Source: Squalus acanthias (Eukaryota). Taken from it: DNA of 64,000 nucleotides. Location of the stretch: contig JASTWF010000363.1 of the NCBI GenBank assembly GCA_030390025.1, forward strand, positions 62,001 to 126,000. Reading direction: 5' to 3'. The stretch's first letter is position 1. Every line of letters starts with the position of its first letter. The position numbers and the translations under genes were made by a program. Shown here one piece after another: positions 25,917 to 35,634 of the stretch. The notes below the pieces were generated by a model. It was not told where the DNA came from, did no database searches, and saw only the letters and a list, made by a program, of their open reading frames with translations.

Positions 25917-25953
25917 AGTTCTGACGAAAGGTCTTCGACCTGAAACGTTAACT
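25917..25953 (+). ncRNA. Minimal type I hammerhead ribozyme motif in the PLE terminal repeat (family 1)
   Basis: AGTT-CTGACGA-a-AGGTC-ttc-GACCT-GAAA-CGTT-AACT: CUGANGA and GAAA boxes, stem II, stem I AGTT/AACT, palindromic AACGTT stem III. Confidence 0.75.
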
Positions 25954-26136
25954 CTGTTTCGCTCTCCACGGATGTTGCCTGGCCTGCTGAGTTTTTCCAG
26001 CGTTTTCTGTTGTTATTTCGGATTTCCAGCATCCGCAGTATTTTGCTATCGTATTAGTGTTTGGTCCACTGTCACCTCTCTTCCAGGAGTGCCTACCTTG
26101 AAGAAGTTCTGCTCTTCTCTTCGACGGAACTTCCGT

Positions 26137-28839
26137 ATGTCTCTTCAACCTTGTTCATCTTCACTGCTTTCAGTTTCCCTTCTCGTGTTTGATCAGGTAT
26201 CTGCCAAGAGTCGGTTTCACAGCCACATTACTTTCCTCAGCAACTGTCTCCGGTTCCGTCTTATTCCACGTGGATTCCAACTAAACTTCCACCCTTCCTG
26301 TTTCGGATCCACCCAGGATTACAAATATCTCCAAGATATTCATCGTTCCTCGAACTACTGCTCTCGCCGCATCTTGAGATCCACGCTCAACGCCATGCGA
26401 CGCCACATGAACACTCTCGACCTCTCTCTTCAGCAGCACCGGCGCACTCTATCTCAAAGCTATCCGGGTCCACAGTTCCATTTCATCCGTCGACTCATCC
26501 GACGCTTCAACAAAAAACTTTTTTTCTTCCTTTCTGATGTCAAGGATCGCAAGCTTCATCAACTCTTGAACACCAACGCCCCTCCGGAATCTTCTTCCCC
26601 TTCACTTTCCTCTGACCCCCCTTCTCCCAATCTCACCCCCTGCCGCATTTTCACTATCCCTTCTGACCTTCCCCTTTCTGACCCCGAACGATCAGTCCTC
26701 AGCAAAGGCCTGAGCTTCATCCCCTTACGCCCCCACCTCAATGAATTTCGAGCTCGGCACGATGCTGAGCTCTTTTTCCGCCGCCTTCGCCTCCGTGCCC
26801 ACTTCTTTGGCCAGGAATCTTCCCCCCGCACGGCTGACCCTTTCTCCCGCTTTCAGAATTCCCGTTCTACCTGGACCCCTCCCTCTGGCCTCTTACCCTC
26901 TCTAGATCTTTTCATTGCTAACTGCCAGCGTGACATCGGCCGTCTCAATTTCTCTGCTCCCCTCTCTCACTCCAACCTACCTCCCTCTGAACTTGCAGCA
27001 CTCTATTCCCTCAGATCCAACCCCGACATTGTCATGAAACCTGCTGACAAGGGTGGTGCTGTTGTTGTTTGGCGTACCGACCTCTACCTAGCGGAAGCTG
27101 AACGCCAACTCTCCAACACCTCCTCCTACCTCCACCTGGACCATGACCCCACTACCGAACATCAAGCCACCATTTCCAAGACCATCACTGACCTCATCTC
27201 CTCTGGAGACCTTCCCCCCACAGCCGCCAACCTCATAGTTCCCCAACCCCGCACAGCCCGCTTCTACCTCCTTCCCAAGATCCACAAACAGGACTGTCCT
27301 GGTAGATCCATCGTTTCAGCCTGTTCTTGCCCCACGGAATTTGTCTCTTCCTATCTCGACTCTATTTTTTCTCCCCTTGTCCAGTCTCTTCCCACCTACA
27401 TCCGCGACTCTTCCGACGCCCTCCACCACTTTAACAGTTTCCAGTTTCCCGGCCCCAACCGCCTCCTTTTCACCATGGATGTAGAATCCCTCTACACCTC
27501 CATTCCCCACCAGGATGGCCTGAGGGCGCTCCGCTTCTTCCTTGAACAGAGGCCCAACCAGTCCCCATCCACCACCACCCTCCTCCGCCTGGCTGAACTT
27601 GTTCTCACATTGAACAACTTCTCCTTTGACTCCACCCATTTCCTCCAAATCAAAGGTGTTGCTATGGGTACCCGCATGGGTCCTAGCTATGCCTGCCTTT
27701 TCGTGGGATATGTGGAACACTCTTTGTTCCAGTCCTACTCGGGTCCCCTCCCTCACCTCTTTTTCTGGTACATTGATGACTGTATCGGTGCCGTCTCCTG
27801 CTCTCGCCCTGAACTAGAACATTTCATTCACTATGCTTCCAATTTCCACCCTTCCCTCACCTTCACATGGTCCATCTCCGACTCTTCCCTTCCCTTCCTC
27901 GACTTCTCCGTCTCCATCTCTGGGGATAGGTTATTGACTAACATTCACTACAAGCCCACTGACTCCCACAGCTACCTGGACTACACACCCTCCCACCCCG
28001 CCTCCTGTCAGGACTCTATTCCATTCTCCCAGTTTCTCCATCTCCGCCGCATCTGCTCTGATGATGCCACCTTCCATACCAGTGCTTCCGACATGTCTTC
28101 CTTTTTCCTCAACCGAGGATTCCCCTCTACAGTGGTTGACACGGCCCTCGACCATGTCCGTTCTATCTCCCGCACTTCTGCCCTCACCCCTGCCCCTCCC
28201 TTCCGGAAGCACGATAGAGTTCCCCTTGTCCTCACCTTTCACCCCACCAGCCTCCACATTCAACGGATCATCCTCCGCCATTTCCGCCACCTCCAGCGTG
28301 ATCCCACCACCAAACGCATCTTCCCCTCACCTCCCCTTTCAGCATTCCGCAGGGACCGCTCCCTCCGCAACACCCTAGTCCACTCCTCTACCACCCCCAG
28401 CACCCCTTCCCCTTCGCCCGCCACCTTCCCGTGCAAGCGCAGGAGATGCAACACATGCCCTTATACCTCCCCTCTTCCCACTGTCCAGGGCCCCAAACAC
28501 CCCTTCCAGGTGAAACAGCGATTTACTTGTACTTCCTGCAATTTAGTATACTGTATTCGCTGCTCACGATGTGGTCTCCTCTACATTGGGGAGACCAAAC
28601 ACAGATTGGGTGACCGCTTTGCGGAACACCTCTGTTCAGTCCGTAAGGTGGACCCCGAGCTCCCGGTGGTCTGTCACTTTAATTCTCCGCTCCACTCCCA
28701 CTCTGACCTCACCGTCCTCGGCCTATTACACTGTTCCACGGAAGCTCAGCGTAAGCTCGAGGAACAGCACCTCATCTTTCGTTTAGGCACCCTACAGCCC
28801 TCTGGACTCAACATCGAGTTCAACAATTTTAGATCATAA
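26137..28839 (+). CDS. Penelope-like RT + GIY-YIG endonuclease polyprotein (900 aa from the ATG at 26137)
   Basis: No stops; LSKGLSFIP, KPADKGGAVVV, YLLPKIHK, MDVESLYTSIP, GVAMGTRMGP, WYIDD, LPFLD, CKRRRCNTC, VYCIRC..CGLLYIGET. Confidence 0.9.
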   Translation: MSLQPCSSSLLSVSLLVFDQVSAKSRFHSHITFLSNCLRFRLIPRGFQLNFHPSCFGSTQDYKYLQDIHRSSNYCSRRILRSTLNAMRRHMNTLDLSLQQHRRTLSQSYPGPQFHFIRRLIRRFNKKLFFFLSDVKDRKLHQLLNTNAPPESSSPSLSSDPPSPNLTPCRIFTIPSDLPLSDPERSVLSKGLSFIPLRPHLNEFRARHDAELFFRRLRLRAHFFGQESSPRTADPFSRFQNSRSTWTPPSGLLPSLDLFIANCQRDIGRLNFSAPLSHSNLPPSELAALYSLRSNPDIVMKPADKGGAVVVWRTDLYLAEAERQLSNTSSYLHLDHDPTTEHQATISKTITDLISSGDLPPTAANLIVPQPRTARFYLLPKIHKQDCPGRSIVSACSCPTEFVSSYLDSIFSPLVQSLPTYIRDSSDALHHFNSFQFPGPNRLLFTMDVESLYTSIPHQDGLRALRFFLEQRPNQSPSTTTLLRLAELVLTLNNFSFDSTHFLQIKGVAMGTRMGPSYACLFVGYVEHSLFQSYSGPLPHLFFWYIDDCIGAVSCSRPELEHFIHYASNFHPSLTFTWSISDSSLPFLDFSVSISGDRLLTNIHYKPTDSHSYLDYTPSHPASCQDSIPFSQFLHLRRICSDDATFHTSASDMSSFFLNRGFPSTVVDTALDHVRSISRTSALTPAPPFRKHDRVPLVLTFHPTSLHIQRIILRHFRHLQRDPTTKRIFPSPPLSAFRRDRSLRNTLVHSSTTPSTPSPSPATFPCKRRRCNTCPYTSPLPTVQGPKHPFQVKQRFTCTSCNLVYCIRCSRCGLLYIGETKHRLGDRFAEHLCSVRKVDPELPVVCHFNSPLHSHSDLTVLGLLHCSTEAQRKLEEQHLIFRLGTLQPSGLNIEFNNFRS

Positions 28840-29329
28840 CCTCAGCCCCTATCACATTTATATTTTATTTTTTCATCCACCCTTTTGTTTGGCCCCCCCC
28901 CTTTTCTTTTCCTCCCAGAAGCTGGCAGCTGTCCTTCATTCTGCCAGTGCATTTCACACTTCATTTAGCCTCAACCTGTCACATCAACACCTCCCTGATT
29001 ATCTCTTAATGTCTCTCAATGTCTCTTAATCTCTCCTTTTGTTTTTTCATCCCCTCCCCCTTTTCCCAGCTTTATATTTGCTTTAAATCTATTTCATTTC
29101 CTGCTTTTTTCCAGTTAACTCTGTTTCTCTCTCCACGGTTGCTGCCTGGCCTGCTGAGTTTTTCCAGCGTTTTCTGTTGTTATTTTAGGCTATTTTAGAT
29201 CATGTTTTGTGTAATGAGACAGGGTTAATTAGTAAACTTATAGTAAAGGATCCTCTCGGAAAAAGTGATCATAATATTTAATTGAAACAACCTGTCAACT
29301 GGAACACAATCTATTCCCTTCATTATCTT

Positions 29330-29650
29330 ATAAACCTCAATCAGATCACCTCTAAGTCAACACTTTTCTAAAGTGCAGAGTCCCAACTCTTTTAGCCGAT
29401 CTTGATAACTAAGATGCTTTAAACTGGGAATTAGTCAAGTGGCCCTCCTCTGCACCTTTTCCAAAGCCTCAATATGACCCAACATGTGAGGAGACCAAAA
29501 CACAGTATTCCAAGTGCGGCCAGACTAAGGTCTTGTACAAGGAAAAAATAGTATCGTCTTATACTCAATTGTCCTACGGATACACCCCAACACCCTATTT
29601 GCTCTAGCTATCGCTAAAATGCCCAAATCTCTTTCTATCTCCACCTTCTT
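29330..29650 (-). mobile_element. Old CR1 remnant
   Basis: Degenerate match to the CR1 RT C-terminal region (GGAGACCAAAAC...CAGTATTCCAAGTGCGG). Confidence 0.5.
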
Positions 29651-30119
29651 TCGTGCTTTTCCCTGTAGGGTGTATGAACGTTCGTTCGTGAATTAACTGC
29701 CTGTATTGACAAGTCGTCCAATGAGCTTTCAAAATTCAAGTAATGAATGGCTGTCAAGCAGAGGTTGAAAGCTGCACTGCTTGCTCCAGACTATCACTGG
29801 CTGGATCAAATTACATATTACAGGCAGGATGCTGGGAGCCTGGTGTCGAGTTACACCTCCTACTACCCTGCATACACCAATACGCTAGAGGATGTGATAT
29901 TACCCATAGATGCATCCACTTAAATATTCAAAGAGCAGCTAACTCAGTTCCTGATAAATAGAACCAATTAATGGCGAGGAGAGTAATCTATTTCTAACAG
30001 CTTGCCAGACCTGTTTCCACAAACTTGGGTTTGCTAGGAGCCGGCAGCAGTTGATAGGCCGTGGAAGAAGATCACACTCTTACAAGAAAGCCGAAGAAAT
30101 TAACAAAAGAGGAAGGGAG

Positions 30120-30149
30120 ATGCTGCATTCCAATCTAAGAGACTGCAAG
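30120..30149 (+). CDS. TTC38: TTC38-like copy B, coding exon 1
   Basis: ATG..MLHSNLRDCK followed by GTAAGC; resembles the TTC38 N-terminus LRDC; phase 0 to exon 2. Confidence 0.85.
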
Positions 30150-30237
30150 GTAAGCTGTAGACAAAGACAGTTGACAGATACAAGGACTGCTATTAAATAA
30201 AGCCAGAACACTCCAGAAGACTGTGTCAAAACTAAAG

Positions 30238-30356
30238 TCCAACAGTTTTATTTGAAATTATTTGAAAGTGATTTCAAATAAAACTGTTGGACTATAACCT
30301 GGTGTTGTGCGACCTCTCAATTTTGTCCACCCCAGTCCAACACCGGCATCTCCGCA
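30238..30356. mobile_element. Short Penelope-type repeat insertion with a terminal hairpin
   Basis: 12-bp TSD TCAAAACTAAAG (30226-30237 / 30357-30368); 23-bp perfect inverted arms 30236-30258 / 30271-30293; body is the reverse complement of 7578-7666. Confidence 0.8.
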
Positions 30357-32646
30357 TCAAAACTAAAGGCCAGAGGTGGTGTATAATATCCAAAGAACAC
30401 ACACTAAAAACGTAGAAGTGGGGAGACCAGCAACCAGAGCACTGGAGAACTCCAGCCACAAGGTGATAGAGGTGCAGATTCAGGATTTGGGGGTGAAGGG
30501 GAAAAGATGGGGCAGCAGCAGTCAATGGTGCGGAGATGCCGCATAGATAAAAGTAGGAAAGCAGTCTTAGTGACAAATTGGATGTGAGGGAGGAAGCTTT
30601 GCTTCAGGTCAAACAATACACCAAGCTTCCACAGCTCTGGGCTGAGGCTGAGGTGGCAGCCAGGGAGGTAGATGTTGTTGAGGCCAGAGGTTCATAGATA
30701 ATTGGGGGCGTTGAAGAGAATCGTTTTGGTTTTTCTGATGGGCTGAAGGAATTTTATTTTTTGCGTATCCAGGTCTGATTATCAGAGAAGCAGCTTGAGA
30801 TGGTGGCATTGGCTATGGGGTTGGTAGAAGGGGAGGCGAGCTGATATTTCATTAATATACATGTGAAAGCTGAATCTGTGCTTCTCGATAATATTGTCCT
30901 TCTGTTTTTTCCTTGTTGCCTTCTGGTCCTTTTACATGGGTGCTCTGAATATCTTCTGAAAAGAATGGTGTGGTGAAGGAGGAGTGGAAAGCCTTTAACA
31001 CAGTTACACAAATCAAATAATCTGTTATGGAGAACCATTCTCTTGAAGCAAATGATTTTAGTTCATTGAGATACCAAAATGGTTAGCCCTTCCAAAGGTA
31101 TTTTACAGCTCAGGTCAGCAAATCTGCTCTCGTGTGCTGTTCAGTTCAGATCTCCCTTCTGTCTTCCTTCCTTCCTGTTAATCTAAAACCCTTCCCTATT
31201 GAATATGTAGCTCAAATGCTTTTCTGCTCCGTCTCTGTTAACCTGAACGATTTCCCCCTGCCTTTTCCTGGTCCAGCATGTCCAGATGGCCTTGATCTTG
31301 TAGAAGCAGAAACTTCCCTCCAGGGAGATGCAGTGTAAAGGCCAGTTAGGTAATTATCCGACATGAGTCCTCTGTTTCTCTGGGTAAAAGCCTCACATGC
31401 TCTGGTTGAGATTGAGAAATTACTGGAATGGGGAATCGTGGCCTTCGACCCAGTTTCTGCCAAACTGTAAAAGTAGAATTTTTTTTAATGAGTTATATAC
31501 AGTGACTATTATTTTGCAGGAATAAACTGCATTAAAATTTAATAAGCCTAGAATCATTACTCTTCATTGTATATTTTCACATGTCAGGAACCCATTGGCT
31601 GTGGGCCTGTGCTACTACAAAAGTAAAAGAAAACAGCCCAAAGCAGAATCATCCCAGTACAGTAAATTCATTCATGGAGAGCTTCAGATAAAAATCATAA
31701 ATCTCTTGCTCTCCTGGTTTATGATGTTAATTGGAGTCTTTTATTTAATTATGGCCTTGAAATCACTTTCAGGTATTGACTATTCTGTGTGTAAATTATT
31801 GAACCCCTTGATTACATTCCAGCATTTTAACAATTCCAGGATATCCATTATTCTATACACAAGCTGTCTGAACTCCTTGAATAGACTGCTATCTTACAGT
31901 TGCTCCATTCTATAAAGTGTTTGAAATGATTAGGTCAGATTTTCCTCTTTGTTGCACCTGGAGAATGCCCAGTTCCCTGGTGCAGTGAGCACCATTGTGT
32001 CAGGTCTCCGCACCCACAACACTGCCCTGGGATTGCCCAAAATAACGTAACTAGGATAGATTCAGGCCCAGTGTAAGAATATTAATGAAGTAGGAGGAGA
32101 TGTCCTCAGCCTACAACATCACTTTTCGTTTAGTCTGCCTGTGGGGTACCCAAACACAGGGATGCCTGAAGGAACCTGATGTTGGGACTTACACTGGTAC
32201 CTTCCACCCTCTGGAGGATCTTCAGGGGTCCTGGTGCAGCCCAGACAATCAGAGGCAAAAGGTACTTTAAGATTTCCTCTCAGGTTGATCTTGAGGGTGG
32301 CTGGGCGCGTGGGGGCGGGTGGTTAGCAGCCAGAAGGCCCTGATGCCGGCCACTAGAAATGTAGCTACAAGCTTCTAGGGACTGTAACTCTGCTGCTGTT
32401 TCTGCTCCTTGACCCCCGCTCAAAGCCCTGCCAGGGTGTGGGCCTGTGTCAGGGACGCACCCAGGTGCCTGTCGGGTGCCCAGCATGGTCATGAAGAGTA
32501 AAGTCAGCCTGAGTATTTTGTAATCATTTCCAGGTGTCCACTGTTTTACACACAAACAATTCTGATCTTTAGTTCTGCTTCAGTAGATGCTCTTCATTTG
32601 TTGCAGTAAAAGAGATTCAGTAATGCTGTACTCTGATTGTTCCCAG

Positions 32647-32724
32647 GCTTGGCAGGATGTTGGTCTTTCCCTTTCCACAACCAGCAATGAGGCCTGCAAA
32701 ATGTATGACGCATGTCTGAACCAG
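32647..32724 (+). CDS. TTC38: TTC38-like copy B, exon 2
   Basis: AG/GT; AWQDVGLSLSTTSNEACKMYDACLNQ. Confidence 0.94.
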
Positions 32725-34274
32725 GTGAGGCTTCTGTGCTAATGAAATGTATTAAATCCAGTGACTAATATCTTCCCCACCCTCAGCAATCACAATGCAT
32801 CATCTTATATAAGGTTACACAGAAACCGGTTATTCAGCCTAACTGGTCTGTGCCGGTATTTATGCTCCACACGAGCTTCCTCCCACACAACCTGCTCGAG
32901 ATTCTCCTCATCTCATTTTGCAACGCTTGAGATTTTTATACAGTGCACCCAATTCATGTTGTATGTCAAAATTCCAGTCTTGAGTTTCAATACTCCAAAC
33001 CGGGAAATGTCAGGATGACGGAGGAAATTCGAGCATTACGTGAATAACAATTTGGTGATGTAGGGTGGGACAGGAGGAGGAAGGTACACTGGGGTGGGCA
33101 GACTGGAGAAAGAGGAAGGTAGAATAGGATTGGAGAGCGAAGATAGAGTTTAGTGAGAGGCCAGAGGAGGAAAATCTGAGGTCTGTGGGGTGGGGGCAGA
33201 GAATTGAAGGTCATCGGAAGATGTCGGAATAGAGTTGGAGGCTAAAGGAAACAGCTGCACTGATCAAACCAGTGACACAAATATTTTGTGGGTGGCGGTG
33301 AGGGGAGGGGAGAGGAGGATCGTGTAGCAAGTAGGAGATGGGGAGAGCAGAGGGGCAATGGGAAAAGTGAAAAGGATGACCTTGGTCTTATGGGAATGGG
33401 AGAGAAGGAGGGGAAAGGGGCAAGGTGGACAGCCAGGAAAGCTGGTGGAGAAGACAGAGGAGTGGGGACGGGGAAGAAGAGAAGGACGAAGAGAGAGGGA
33501 AGAGGACAGGGGAGGGGGAGAGGGGAAAGAGATTATCAAAAATAAAAATGGGACTAAGAAAAATGAATTAAATGAAGATGGGTGATTCATTCATTTATAG
33601 CCGCCTTACACAGAATGGGGAGAAATGGGACAAAATTAATTTTAAGGAAAGTTGCCAATGGTGGGAATATTTAATTACATGAATTTGGGAGAAAGTTGAC
33701 AAAATTAAATAAATAAAGATGTGCAGTTAATAAATGAAAAGGACCCTTCCACGTCAGCAACATTAATTAAATGAAGATCTTTGCTATAGTCAACAAAATT
33801 AAAGATTGGTGCTTCTCTGTCGAAAATTAAAGATTGGAGTATTGGTGGAGAAAATGAATGAAATAAAGATGGGACTGCTCTGGGGAAAATGAATTAAATA
33901 CAAGGCCACTCAACAGGGATGGGGAGAAGCAGTATGGACAACCAACTCTTCCCTTGCTGACCACAATGCTTTTGGGGCAGTGGCAGCAAGCGACAGGCCG
34001 GCATTACTGCAAGGCCAGCGAGGTGAGCAGGTGGGTGGGCCAGCCAGCGAGCAATTGAGCAAAGGTAACTAAGCCGCAAGCAAGGGCAGGCTGAATGATC
34101 CAGTGCTGGTGTAGTCATTTAACACACACTGGGTGAAGAGAGGCACAGCAGCAATGGCAATACTACAGTTACACGAAGAGGCAGACGAGTGGAGCGGGGC
34201 CCAGAAGTGGAATCCACGCTAGTGGCCAAACAGGAGCTAGGGAAACATAAAAACACAGATTTCTGTTGGCCCCA

Positions 34275-34580
34275 ATTTGTTCGTGTGATGTAGGTGACAC
34301 TAGCAAGGGACTATTTATTACCCATTCTCAGTTGCCCTGAGGGAATAGAAGTCAACCACATAATGTGGGACTGGAGTCACATGTAGACCAAACCGGATAT
34401 AGGCGGCAGGTTCTCATTGATGAAGGACATTAGTAATTCAGTTGGGTAAATTAGTAAATCTGGTGCTAGGTCACAAATTACCAGATTTTATTGAATTCAG
34501 TTTCACAGCTTGCCATGGTGGGAATTTTGGAGTCACAACCTCAGGGTTGCTCGTCCAGTACCATAACCAAAAGGCTACTC
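34275..34580 (-). mobile_element. Degenerate tRNA-derived SINE sharing head/central domain and 3' tail with the LINE at 35635-38724
   Basis: AGTCAACCACA...CTGGAGTCACATGTAG.CCA and GAAGGACATTAGT match 38440-38530; tail TTTATT.CCCAT...AGTTGCCCT matches 35685-35710. Confidence 0.7.
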
Positions 34581-34654
34581 TGGAGGAAGTTTAATAGTTT
34601 GGTCACAGAAAACAGTTAAATATATCCGAGTGCTGGCACCAGAAAAATATGACT

Positions 34655-34890
34655 GCCATAAAAACCCAACTGGTTCACCAATGTGCTTTAGTAAAGGAAC
34701 CTGCCACCCCTACCAGACCTGGCCTACAGGTGCCTCCAGTCTCACACTGTTGTTGACACTTAGCAAGCCAGACAGTTGTAAAAACAATTACTTCAAGTTG
34801 AAGCCAACCACCACTTTCTCACAGCAACTAGGGATGAGCAGTAAATGCAGCCTTGCCAGCGTCACCTACATCCTGGGAACAAATAAAAAC
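34655..34890 (+). mobile_element. Second degenerate SINE of the same family, opposite orientation
   Basis: CTGGTTCACCAATGTGCTTTAG..AAGGAACCTGCC central domain followed by the LINE-like tail GCAACTAGGGATG..CAGTAAATGC.GCCTTGCCAGCG. Confidence 0.7.
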
Positions 34891-34956
34891 TTGCTTCTGT
34901 GTATATTTCCAGTAACCCAGTGGTAAAAGGCAGATTGTTGTCCCCGAGACACACTG

Positions 34957-35110
34957 GGGGTGAATTTCCGCAGGATTTTCTGATCGTCTGCCACAACTGA
35001 GGCAGAAGAGGTGCCAAAATCACTGAAAAATGGCACAAACAGTCTTGGTTTTTCCAGGGGTTCTGTGTATCTTCCGCTGATATAGGGAGAACCCCTGCGG
35101 AAATTCATCC
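34957..35110. mobile_element. ~150-bp MITE
   Basis: TIR GGGGTGAATTTCCGCAGG / CCTGCGGAAATTCATCC; related element at 47306-47414. Confidence 0.7.
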
Positions 35111-35634
35111 TGATATCCAATACAGTACAAACGAATGGTTAAGTTTCTGTCCAGAAGCAGTGCAGCCCTACTTGTGGAAGCGACCTTTTGCACAGAGTGT
35201 TGGGTGATGGCTCGATTTAGAACAGAGTGATTTAGGGAGATTAGAGCCAAGTTGGCCAATGGCTGCGCTACTGATGGTGGAACTGAAAAAGGAGAGATTT
35301 ACAAGAGCCCAGAGTCAGAAGACTGAATGGCTTGGGCTGGCAGTGGTTGCCGAGTTAGGATGGGTGGAGATCATGGAGGGATTTACAAACAAAATCCAAG
35401 ATTTTGAATTCGGGAACTTTACAACCAGTGGTGGGGGAAGAGTTTCATCCCATGAATCTGGCCTGAAATCTGAGCCAATGTCCACTGTGCTATTAAATCT
35501 CTTGGAGGTGGGGACAGGGTTGCTTTAAAGCAAAATGAATGGAGAAACAGAATTAAGAGCAGCAGGCAGTTTTATTTTTTATTTATAGCCAGGATTTTTT
35601 AATCCATTTCTAATTTTTTTCTCTGAGGAAGAAT

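Larger units (their letters stand above)
25732..29186 (+). mobile_element. Penelope-like retroelement, apparently full length, with inverted 5' terminal repeat
   Basis: 14-bp TSD AGG(T/C)TATTTTAGAT (25718-25731 / 29187-29200); ~150-bp inverted repeat 25729-26050; direct terminal repeat copy ~29077-29186. Confidence 0.92.

Noticed and set aside
25330..26136. Genuine N-terminal extension of a single 1169-aa gene
   Set aside because: The TSD and resumption of CR1 at 29187 show a nested insertion; the ORF begins at TTG.
26559..28454. Antisense ORFs over the Penelope ORF
   Set aside because: Shadow frames caused by the C-rich codon bias of the sense strand.
33540..33905. CRISPR-like repeat-spacer array
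   Set aside because: Repeats are highly degenerate and AT-rich, lie in a vertebrate intron, and no cas genes are present.
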